From positions 2,418,001 to 2,482,000 of the forward strand of contig JAYWIR010000030.1 of the NCBI GenBank assembly GCA_036172245.1: a DNA stretch of 64,000 nucleotides. Reading direction: 5' to 3'. Under the pieces are notes generated by a model. That model ran no database searches and was not told the origin of the DNA. It worked only from the letters and a program-made list of their open reading frames with translations. Each line of letters starts with the position of its first letter. Within the stretch, counting starts at the first letter, position 1. The DNA is from Raillietiella orientalis. Lineage: Eukaryota. This document shows positions 11,900 through 22,704 of this stretch, one piece after another. A program made the position numbers and the translations under genes.

Positions 11900-13330
11900 T
11901 CCTCGTTTCTAAATTATAAATCGGTACACGCGAAGATACGAAAGGAAAGCCAGCAAGCTGGCCTCTGAAAATGAGGCGTGCATCAATGGGCAGCAGAAAG
12001 AACTTGAAAACACTTGATCTCGACTGAGACGTGCAACCTCTCCCGGGAAGCTCCCCTCTCTAGACGAAAGACCGGGATCCTCGGGAGGGGTTTCCGTGTC
12101 GACAATTCCGCGTTGAGGAAGATCGGCCTGAACGCTGTTTGCAGGCGAACCAGAAGACTGGAAGAGGCCGCCATTGCGAAACAGCACGCAACATGTCGAA
12201 GGTTCCTGGGGTAAAATCGGAGATCGTGCGGGAGAACCGGGAAGTAGTGGGTGCGCGCGAGATAGTCCTCGCCACTGCCGGCATTTTCCGCTCTTGCCCT
12301 GCTGATCTGTATGGATCGGGAGCGAGTTCCTGGAAAGAGGTCACCCTCTGGATGGATCCGTGCGCGAGCTAATGACGTGGAACTGCCCCGAAGGATTGGG
12401 TTTCTTTCTAAGGTTTGAAAGCGAGATTTCCTCTCGTGTTGAGAAAGCAACCAACAGTAACCTGGCGAAGCCTCCCGAACCAGGAAGCCAGCCGGCAGCA
12501 CTCAAGAGCGGTACCGACGTCTCCTGCGGGAATTCGCGAAACCGTCCATCAGCCTTCCTTTCAGGACGCGCGCGCTGGTTCCAGAGCGGAAGGTCGAAAG
12601 GAGGAGGCCAACGCCAAGTGCGACCTGGAACCGCGCGGGTAGCCCTCTGGGAGTGCTACCGATTCGTTCGCGAACGCAGCCGCAGTGAACGCTCGCCTCC
12701 TTGCTCTTCTATTGAAGGCTGATGGGTGGGGCCTGAGGAAGTGGGTCTCACGACCAATCGCCTGGACCGCACAGCTTCGGGAATTCTCGCCCTGAATTTT
12801 CGGCAGGCGGATCCGCTGCCGAGCTGCAGGTTCGCGACGACCTCCATCTGACCAACGATGGCCGCGGAGCGGAACTCGGGAAAGATCCGGCTGTTTCCAG
12901 GGAGACACGCGCGCGGAAGGCGAGGAACTGGAAAATTCTATTACAGCGCTTGTAGAGAGGGAATGGGAGCGGGCGCTCCCCTATTAACTTGGTTGCAAAT
13001 TGCAGCTGGTTGCTCCTTGTGGCAGTTGATGAATGTTTCGAGCACACGCCATGAGCAAGGACCAAAGCACCGTATCCTTGCGTTTCCTCCGGTCGAGAGA
13101 GAGACGAAAGGTGCAACCGCTGCCAAACAAGCGTGCTCCTCCTCTTCTTCAGTTGCCGCCTCTTGGAGCGCTGAGCTTGATTGTTCGGTTCCAACTTCAG
13201 CGGAAAGTTCGAATGGAGTCCCGGTTTCCCAAACGTCCGCCCTCTTGGTTCCTGCTCGCGAAAGCCCTCCGGATCGCGTTAATTTAAGAAATCTTCCAGC
13301 GTTTCAGCACGCTTCGTGCGGCTGGAGCTC
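11900..13330 (-). pseudogene. Decayed AAA-ATPase-like paralogue E
   Basis: FARLLLVAFSTREEI (~12450; resembles F..YYGFT.EEV), FTPGTFDMLRAVSQWRPLPVFW (ORF 12060-12344; resembles YNPWS..YL..L..YW), AFLSYLRVYRFI (ORF 11909-12187). Confidence 0.4.
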
Positions 13331-14989
13331 ACGGCTGTTTCTAAATTGATTGATGAATTTTTTTTTATTTTTTTTTTATTTTTTCTCCCTTCGAAAATGC
13401 TTATCCCTCAGGAAACGAAGCAATAGGTAGGTCTGCATGTTTGTCTGCCCACGTTGAGTCCCACCAGCATGCTCGTCCACGTGTGTCAGGCTGTAGTCCG
13501 ACGCCCGGGGCAAAGCCGCCTTTGCTTCTCCCCTTGCGCTCTCGCTTCCCTGAAGGAGGCGATTCTTTCTGCTCTGTCAGCAGCAGCGGGATGGCGCCCC
13601 GCGCTCAGGCGGACGCGGTAGTTCCGCGCCAGTGCTCCCCCGTGGAGGAATCCGCAGCGTGCGGTTGCTGGTCTGCAGACGGCAGTTCCACCGTGCCCAT
13701 GCGCGTCGCTTTCTCCGCTTCGGTTCGGCGCGGAGAGCGCCGAGCCCGGGCGATGGAGCTCCCCGGCGGCCGGCTGAGGGAACTTTCAGGAGACACTCCC
13801 GTTGCGAGACCTTCTTCGATGACCCCACACTCTTTGCGTCTCGGGAGCTGGCGTGTGGTCACATTGTGGCCTCCCAAGACTTTTCTACCGACTCAGGCTG
13901 ACTGGATCCCCCTTGGCCGTCTTTGCTTCCGGTGCCATCTCCCATTCTCCCGCGAGGTCGCTACGAGCGTTTCACTCGCAAAAGAGGGATCCGCTGACGA
14001 AGAGATTTTCGCTTATCAACGCACGGGCTGACCCGGAGGAGGGGAATGCTATCCGATCTGGGGAGAGGGATAGTCAGGGATTGTCACAAGGGACTGAACG
14101 TTCCCTGCTCCGGGATCGCTGAAACCTCGGCTCCCTCATGGAGCTTCCCGCAAACGCCCTGAGGCGTTCGAGCCCGTTCGCCGAAACGGGCTCAGCTGCG
14201 CGCGTTTCGGCGGGAGCACCACTGGATCTGGGTTCCTCCCCTTCCCCTCATAGGGACTTTGCCCGCGGCGAAGGTCTTGCGCTCTTCGTCTGGCCGCAGG
14301 TCCTTTCTCTCTTCCTGCGCTTTGTCCACTCGTCCACCCGGGACTCTCGGAACGGACGCGTGGGCGAAAGCCAGCTCCAGAGACAGAGTCTTTCGCATCC
14401 TGGAGCAAATCAGCTTCTTGTCTTCTGTTTTCCTTTTCTTTCTGCTCTTCCCCCTCCCCCTCCCTTTTCCGGGCGCGTTCGAATGCACCGGCGCTGGCAG
14501 GGAGTTCCCGCGTCGGGGCTGCACTTGAGATTTCGGGAAGTTTCCGGCGCCCTTCGGCGAAGAGTCGCGGGTTTCGCGCGAGACTTCTTGGTACGCCCAT
14601 CTGCGGCGCCTGAGACACGATCGAATTATCAGGGAAACAGAAAATGGAGGTGCTTAAACAGTCGGGGCGGGATGCAGAGAGTGTACCGATCAGGAATTCC
14701 GGTCGCAGAATCGCGAGGTAGCAGAGCGAGCCGGCTGCTGATTGGCGAAGCCCGCCACACGGTTCTTCCGGCAACCTGAGGAACATGGAAGACTCAAATC
14801 AGAAATCGTTCAGCAACGCGCGCGCGCGCGCATGTGTTTTTTTCTCTCGCTCCCCGCTTCCTCCTCAGCCACGACTGAGAGGTGGGAAGGGGACGTTTTC
14901 CGGACGGGGCTCTGGCGTTCCCTCTCGCGCCATTACCATGCGGAGCGGAATCCCGGGCGAAGACTCTAGCCCACGGGACCAGACGGGTT

Positions 14990-16500
14990 CTTCGGGCTGG
15001 CTGGAAAACCCGCAAGCTGGATGCGGCATCCTGCATAATCGGCAGCGGCACGTCGAAGAAGGGACCAGAGCGAATGGGCTGCCGACAGAAAGACGCCTTA
15101 GGCAGAGCGCTCATTCTGGGGCGCCCTTGTGCACCAGAAAGACGCGCCGCATCGCTCCTTCTCCCGGGTTGAAATTCCAGGACTTCGGGTCATGTGAGAT
15201 GGACCAAGTCCTGCAAAAGAGCTTCGGGCAGGAGGACAAGGAGGGTGCGGCAGCAACATGAGATTTGCGGCGCCGAATCCGAGAGCAGCAGCCAACGAAA
15301 ACCGAAAACGACCAAGGAAGTCGGCCTTCCCCGAGAGGGAATGTTCTCGAGGAGGATTTCTGGTAACAACAAGGCTGGCTGTGGAGGCGAGCGTGGTAAG
15401 GACACTGCGGGATGAAGAACTTTTGAAGAACGGCCACACGGCGCACTCGTCGGCAGCTGTGTGGCTGCGGTTTCCGTGCACGTGTCATCAGGCGCGTTGG
15501 AAGACCGACGCCGAGAATGGGGAGGGGGAGAAGGGGATTGCGTCGAGGATTTCCAGCCCGCCACCTCACCCCGCCGCCTCAGGATGACGCTGGTCGGCGT
15601 AGAAGAATCCGTAATACGGTCAAATTCAGCCGGGAACTGACAATTCACTTTGCATTGTCTTCACCTGCGTCCTTTCCTGGAGTCACAAAATTCTTACGAA
15701 TCCCAGACAGCAGCGCAAGGTCACCTCTTCACCCTAAGATCGCACGGTTTGTACAAGCTTCGGCTGTACATGTGCTAAGATGATCGACCCTGAAGAAAAG
15801 TGTCGGCCGGCGTCGACAGCGAACTGCTGTCTGTACGTGCCCCCTCCCCCTTCTCCCGCCCGTTTGAGATGCAAAGGACGGAAGAAATGTCATTGCGATG
15901 TGATCTACAGCGCGCGCTGCACAGTAAGCGCTCCAAGAGGGAAATCACCATGGAAACACCTACGACCATTCGATCCTGCGGCCTCCGAACAGGGCGTTTC
16001 TCGCCAGCATGGAGGTTTCCCGGGAGAAAGACAAGTGGGAGTGAAGAACGACTTTCTGCCGAGAGACCACCGGGAGGTGGCAGTGACCTGACCCTCGTGA
16101 GGATGGCGCACGAACTGCGGCACCGCTCCTCTTTAGCCGAGATGCTCCCCTTGCGCAATCAAAGAGGACAGGTTCCCTCGCTCCCTTTCCCCCCTCTCCT
16201 CGTCACTGCAATGAAATAATCCTTGCTCCCGACATCGTCTCCGGATCCCGAGTGTGCAAGTGACATCAGGATAGCAGGGATGTTCCCTGTGGTCCAGCCT
16301 CGCAGCCCGGAACTACCGTGGAGTTCGAGAAGCTCTCGGGAGAATGGAGTCGCCACTCCGGCTCTCAGAATCACCTTACTAGGCGAGACGCGCCTCGTGC
16401 AGTGGTGGCACCGCGGTCTGACCACCAAGGTCCATCTGCGAGCGCTCGCGGGAAAGAAGGAAGCACCGCCTAGGGACCGACGATCAGCAGCTCTTTGGCG
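14990..16500 (+). pseudogene. Decayed AAA-ATPase-like paralogue F
   Basis: In order: CIIGSG, KGDCVEDFQP (~15540), IHFALSSPASF (~15650), TSFGCTCAKM (~15760), VIYSARCTVSA..SPW (~15905). Very degenerate. Confidence 0.3.
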
Positions 16501-18179
16501 CCCTGCATTGTTGCCTTTTTTGCGCTCGAAGCGCTGATCTCACCGAGTGGGAGACCTCGGTCGCCTTCGACCCGAGCTTGCCGTTGCTTGTGCTCTTCTG
16601 CGGAACGCCGAACGGCGGTTCCATGTCGAAAGACGGCGCACCGGAATCGCCTCAGGCATCGCAAGGCGGCAGGCACCTCCTCACGCAGGCGGGGAGGCAA
16701 GGGAGAAGGGCAAGGAGGTACGGGAAGAACTCGTGAGGGTGCGGGACGGAACCCCCCTGGAAAAAATTCCCTATTCTTAGAAGATCCGTAAAGATGAGGT
16801 ACCTCGCGCTGGTCCACGCGGAAAGCAAGGAAGAGGGGGAAGGGACCAGCGGCCTCGTCCCCCCGAAAGCGCATTACTTCCCGCCCAAGATGTATCCTTC
16901 AAGGTCGTGCCCGAAGGCACGGAATGGCGACCCGTGGCCGGTTCCACCACGCGGACGCAAAGCGTGGGCGAGGGAGCAATGACCACGCGCACATCCCCTG
17001 AGAGTGACGAAGCCCAGGGGAGAGGCAGGGGATGGGACACGAAGTCTGGAAGAGCTCCAGGAATCGGATGATGCAGCATTACCAAGCACGACCTCGGCGG
17101 ATCAGGATCGTTGAGACGCTCCCTCGGGAGCTCCCGAGGTGTTGCAGCTTCAGGAACGAGACGGAGCTGACGCGACAGAAGATGCCAGTCCTTCGGCGGC
17201 TACTCACCCGCGCCGCGCGAAGGCGACCCGGAGTCAAAGAACGAAGCCAACAAAAAACGAGGAGGAAGAAAGCAAGGATCGCGATTTTGCGGTCCTTCGC
17301 TGGGGCGAGGGGGAGGAGGGTGGAGCCAGCGGAGCAGCAGGGTTCCAGGAAACGAATTCCAGAGATCGTCCTCTGGTGGATTCCAAAACGTCCAATCCTC
17401 TCCCGGAACACGGGCATCCCCTCTGCCTCGAAGCATCGAAGACGGTCGAGGCAACCTGCAGGGAGACTCCACGAATGGCTGCTTCTGGAATTCCCGGGCG
17501 GCGACGTCACGGCGGCGGCTGTCAGCGGAGCGGAGCGGCTGGAAGCGGCACACTTCCCGCTGGACTCTCCTTCTTGTTGCCGTTCTTCTCTGGACACGGT
17601 CTCGGCGGTGGCAGCCCCACGGGGAAACCCGCGGGCACCTCTGAGAAGGTCTTCGAGAGACCTACGCACTCGCTGCTTGCCGCCCCGAGTGACAGGGGGC
17701 AGGCAGCCCGCAGGGAAGCTGCGGTACCGCCCCGCTCCTTCCGCGCGCGCCCCGACCCACTCATGGAACCCGCGCCGAATCCTTTTTTTTTTCAACCGTC
17801 CTTCCGCATTCTGCTCAGTTCCGGGAGGCAAGGTGAACGGGACCATGAGAGAAGCAGTCGCACCCCTTCGGGGGAGGTGCCCCTCCTTGGATGTGCAATG
17901 CTGCTGCGCCCCGCCCCTTCCCACCTCGGCGCGACACGTGGGCGGTGGCAGCCACGCGTTCGGCCGTGCGCGGGCCACGGCAGAGGTCCGACAGCGTCGC
18001 GGCGCAGGAACGGCCGCCCCTCGATGCGCCTGAGCGGTCGCGCCGCCTCTCCCCGTTCGCTCCGTTCCTCCATTCCCATCGCCTTTCGTCCGGTTCGCCC
18101 CACCTAGAGAGCAGACGGCTTTCTCAGGATCTCGTCTGCGTCTGAGTTTCTCCCGACTCCGGCTTCTCCCCAGTCTCCT

Positions 18180-18900
18180 CCCGTGCACCTTTCTCCTCTA
18201 TTTTTAGCCCCGTCCCATTGTTGGCCCCGTTCGGGGCTCCATCGATTTTCCTTCCACCTGTCGTCTCGCTGGGCTCTTCGTTTCCTCGGTCCCTGGGCGG
18301 AACATGGCTTTCTTTTTATTCCATTTTTTTCGCACTTCATTTTTTTTTTTTTTTTTCATTTTGTTTTCATCTTATTCGGCTTGTCACCCGATTTCATTTT
18401 ACGTTTTTGTATCTTCATGCTCCTCAACTGTTATCTTGATTTTGTTTTGCAGCTTCCTCTGCACTTGATTTTTCCTGTTTGCACTGCATTCTCCGTGTCG
18501 TTCCGTTTTTGATTGCATTCTGTTTATTTTTATGCATTTTTCAGTTTTCCTTTCAGCGCATTCCATTTTCGATCCCATTTTATTGGGCGCTTTCCTTCTC
18601 GGCTTTTGTTTTTGTCCTGTTTTGTTTTGTCTTTCCTTTTGCCCTTTCGAGTTTCCTCCGTTTTGCCTTTTTTTCCGTCCTGCTCGTATTTTACCTTCTT
18701 TTCGGTTCCCATCATGCTCTATTTTTGAAAGCTTTTTCTTTTTTTTGCTTTCTATTCACTTTCATTGAATAACTGTTGCCATTTTTTAATTCCCCAATCT
18801 TATTTGTTTGTTTGTTTTTCTCTTTAGATTTGGCTTTCGTGCATTCATTTTTTGTTTCCTTTCCGTTCTCTCAGCGTGTTCTGGGTCTGCCTCGCCTCAG
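18180..18900. repeat. T-rich low-complexity tract
   Basis: About 700 nt dominated by T runs (TTTTG/TTTTC/CATTTT) on the plus strand, flanked by GC-rich DNA. Confidence 0.85.
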
Positions 18901-19507
18901 TTCCCTTTCAGTTCCGCTCTATCTGTCTCCTCCCCAGCATCATTCGCTCCCGGATCCGGGGAATGGGCTTGCGGCTCCCCCTCCCTCTTCCCTGAAAATA
19001 TTTCCCTCCTGACTCAAGAGCAGTATACAGCCGGGGATGAGGTGCCGCCGCGGGGGCAAGGCAGCCCGGAAGAAGGCCTCCTAGAGGGTTCTGCCATCAG
19101 ATGGCTGTAAAGCGGCTGCGTCCGCAAGAAGCGGCTACAGAACTCCCTGTCCCCTCTGTCGCAGGACGATTCCTCCTCCCTAGCAGCAGCCGGACTATGG
19201 AAGTCCCCTTCGGACGCTCCCGATCGACCTCTCTCCGAAAACGGAATCAGCCGCGCCTCCTCGGAACTCCCGGGAATGCATGCGGAGTCCGGGAAAGGGG
19301 AAAACTCAGGAGGATCCCCATGCGCTCCGGGGTCGGAGCCGCAAGAAGTGCAAGGCTCCTTAACTAGTATCTTGAAGTGCCCGCAAGTGGCGCTCGCAGG
19401 CGGCAGCGATGTGAAACCAGCCGCGGATGTCTTTACGGACTACCGCCAGGACGATTTGAAACCACACTCGACTCCCCTCCCTTCTCCGGTCCCGGTCCCT
19501 TTGCGCG

Positions 19508-19599
19508 ATGAACGGTTCCGCCGCCTCCTCCCGTGCATCTTTTCACGCGGCGGAGCCCAGCGACTACAACACGGACACGCCTCTTCTGCCCCCTCCCGG
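19508..19599 (+). CDS. Glut1: Glut1 putative first coding exon of the long isoform (MNGSAASSRASFHAAEPSDYNTDTPLLPPP-G), GC donor
   Basis: ATG with purine at -3. Ends at GG|GCAAGT (phase 2), which matches the phase required by the acceptor at 20304. Inferred, not certain. Confidence 0.5.
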
Positions 19600-20244
19600 G
19601 CAAGTCGACTGCCACTGCTCCTCCTTCCCTCCTTCCGCTCGCCCGCACGCGCGTCCCCGGCACTTTCCAGAGGCTGAGAGGCGCGCCTGCATCGCCGCGC
19701 CCTGGCGACCGGTGAGGAGCGCCCGCCTGCAGCGTTTACCGCATCCCTCCTTTGCGTGGAGAGGGGCGAGTCGCCCCCGTGTGGCGATGGAGAGGAAAGT
19801 TGGAGACGGGCACGCAATTTCTGCTTCTCCCAACCTGCCTCGCTCGTAGGCTTCCCTTAGGACGAGGCGAAGGTCCCGCAGGAGAGATTAGGTCTCCTCA
19901 AGCCCCTCATCCCGAGAGAAATGCACCCTCTTCGTTCGTGCCTCCCTCCCTCGGGAGGGAGGAGGTTACCTGGAGGCCACAGGGCCTACCCGCGGACGGC
20001 GCACTAGGCTGAGACCGCGGACCACCGTCAGCCAGAGACTGCTGCTTCGGGTCTCGTCGCACGGCAACGCCCGCGCCGCGCTTTCGGGACGAGAGCGACC
20101 GGCCGGCCTTTCCCCTGCTGCTGGTCCTTCATGTGTGCAGCCTTCCATCTGCATGCTAAGTGTAGCATGTGTTCTATGTGTGTGAGCGTGGTGTGTGTCT
20201 CTTTTTCTTCTTCTCCTCCCCCCCCCCTCTCCCCCGCTTTTTTT

Positions 20245-20247
<3 letters not shown>

Positions 20248-20294
<47 letters not shown>
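20248..20294. repeat. Poly-T run (47 nt) forming the polypyrimidine tract of the next exon
   Basis: Homopolymer immediately upstream of TTTCAG at 20299-20304. Confidence 0.9.
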
Positions 20295-20296
<2 letters not shown>

Positions 20297-20304
20297 GATT
20301 TCAG

Positions 20305-20413
20305 TTTGCACCGGCAGATCCATGAGATGAGCACGAGTCTGAGTGGCAGACTGGATCAGTTACAGTGCAGCATCCAATGTGAACGATACAGCGATACGAA
20401 CGCCACTCTTCAG
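20305..20413 (+). CDS. Glut1: Glut1 N-terminal extension exon (LHRQIHEMSTSLSGRLDQLQCSIQCERYSDTNATLQ)
   Basis: Strong acceptor (poly-T, TTTCAG) and donor CAG|GTGAGA in phase 0, joining in frame to 22498. Helical heptad-like sequence resembling long arthropod Glut1 isoforms. Confidence 0.75.
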
Positions 20414-20619
20414 GTGAGACGCACTCCCTTTCCTGTCCTTTTGGGTCCGTTCGAATGCCCCACCTATCCCAATGGAGTCTCCAGAGCAGTGGGCCCGGGG
20501 GCTCCGAGATCTCCCCCGCCTCCTTTCCCGCTCCGAAGGCTGCAGAAAGAAACCCTTCGTAAAGGAGTGGAGAGGTGCATCTGCACGAATCACTCCCCCC
20601 CACCCCTCCAATCCAGCAA

Positions 20620-21100
20620 CGCCCCATCTCTCTCTTCCACCGCCCCTGTCTTCGAATCAGATGGGAACTCCGTTACTGGTCCTCCATCCTTCCGGAGATG
20701 AGGATGTCCTCCTTGCTCCGGACTTGCAAGCTCCTTGGAAGGGTGGCCTCTGTGAAGAAGCAGTCCAACATCGAACGCTTCCTCCTGGGACCACGAACTT
20801 GAGTACAGACGAAAATGAGCGTCCTCCCAACACACTGAAGGAGGACGACGTCTAAGGAGGGCAAAAACCATGCAACCGTGTGGCATGGACCTAACCTCTC
20901 GCTTCGCCCTTCTGAGAAGAGGCCAAACGCTGCGATTCCAGGCCCGGCGCGAATTCCCATGGAAGCATCGAGTGAGAACCTCAAGAACGATCGGGAAGAG
21001 GGACGACACGAGAAAGATCCTGGGTCGAGGAGGATGTATGGGGAGATAGTCGGTGAATGGCTGACGCGGAGGGAAAAAAGGCGTCCAGCTCCGCTTGCTG
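20620..21100 (+). pseudogene. Fragment of AAA-ATPase-like paralogue inside a Glut1 intron
   Basis: WELRYWSSI...NIERFLLG (ORF 20575-20802) resembles EL..YW..SG...IE.LL.G. Confidence 0.35.
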
Positions 21101-22497
21101 CGCGGAGGTCATCTCTCGAGAAAACATTGAAGTGCCAGGCGACTTCGAAAGGAGAGCGCTCAGAGGCGCTGCGTGTCGCTGGGTCGCAACGGAAGAACAG
21201 ACAGGATGAAAACATGGAAGGGACGCCTCGAGGGGACACCTTCGCGCGCGATCACTCTGCGGAGAAAGGGAAGAGCGGCCGCAGGCAGTCTCTCGTGAGA
21301 AGGCGGGTGGGAGTTCAGCCAGTGCGGTGCGCCCGACCGTGTGCTGACGCGACCTCTTGGGGAGGGCGAGGAGTCACGACGGAAGGAAGACGGGCGTCGG
21401 ACGGGACACCGGCATTTCCAGGGAGTTGCAGAGCCGCCCGCGCCTTCAGCGGGCGCGTCGGAGTGACTCCTCCAGCTGCTACCGGCAGGGGGCAAAGGCT
21501 TCCCGTGTTCGCTTTCGTTCACCCGGAGCGATCCTGTAGGGTCCTTCCGGGAGAGGCGGCGGGAACGGGTGGGGTCACAGAAGCAGCAGCCAAGGACGGC
21601 CGCGGCCTCGAGATCGAAATTTCGACAAGAGGTCGCAGCAGTATCGGCCCGAACATGAGGGAGTGCCCTCGCACGCGCGCGGCTGGCCCTGGGTCACCGA
21701 CGCCAGCTGGACCCCTCGCGTCCCGGAGGCATCGCAAGGTCTTCGGAGGGCGCGTCTCCCTCCGGCGTTGCCAGGGAGACGCGCTCGCGCGCACTCCGCA
21801 ACAGTCTGCAGGGAGTCTCGGGCTGCAATTGCCAGGGAGGGCGATGGAGCAGAGCAGACCTGACTTCCGGTGACCCCTAACAACCCTCTTTTACGTGAGG
21901 GAATGCCTCACGTAAAAGGTGCCTCCTCCCCGACTCCGTCGCCGCTCAGGGCATGCACGGGGATGGGGCCGGGAAGAGGTGCCCGTCCCGTCGGACATCA
22001 TCGCGCACGGGAGGTGTTGCTGCACTCCACATTGCCCCGCGCGCAGGGCGTTGGGAAGAAGACGCCTCTTCTAGGCTGGCCGTCGACACACTGCTAGGAG
22101 AATGCCCGGGGGTGGCGTGAACGCTGAGAGGGCGAGTTGGCGTCCCGAGTTTGAAGGTTCACGCACCGCCTTCTCCGGGACGTGGCTGACCACCTGGACG
22201 CTGACCCCTGATCGAGAGACCCACCCTCCTCTGTAGCGGACCTTTGCTCGCGCAGTTGCCGACTACGTGGGCAAGGTCGGTGGCCCACGTCCTCCCTGAG
22301 AGCAAATCGAACCGGGGAACGCTCCGCTTTCCGGACTTCGGAGGAATCGGGAAGGTCTATGCGAAAGCAGAACATGGGGGAGGGATTCGGCAAGTGTCAC
22401 ATGTTCTGACCATGGACGAATCCAGAAGAGACCCAGAGAACCCACGCACGTGGATCCTGCCCCCTCCGGTAGCTGTCTCACGGAGTCCCCTTCTCAG

Positions 22498-22704
22498 TCA
22501 ATCAGGAACCAGCTGCAGCAGCTGACCAAGAGCATGGAGTCTTGCCAGACCGAGGTCAGCGAGGTCAAGAGGGACATGGCCGTCATCAAGGCCGAGATCG
22601 ACTCCTTGCAAGTCGCGAAGGAGGAAATCGAGGAGCTGAGAGGCTGCGTGGACCGCCTCGAGGAGCAGCAGTTCAGGAGGCGGAGAGTGCGGCTGATACG
22701 GCAG
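22498..22704 (+). CDS. Glut1: Glut1 coiled-coil exon (SIRNQLQQLTKSMESCQTEVSEVKRDMAVIKAEIDSLQVAKEEIEELRGCVDRLEEQQFRRRRVRLIRQ)
   Basis: Acceptor TTCTCAG, donor CAG|GTAACG, 207 nt, phase 0/0, strong GC3 codon bias. Closely resembles the coiled coil preceding GLTxFL in long insect Glut1 isoforms. Confidence 0.88.

Noticed and set aside
17032..18188. Three overlapping ORFs of more than 300 aa
   Set aside because: Arg/Ala/Gly/Pro-rich, open in several frames on both strands, with no motifs. Expected from high GC.
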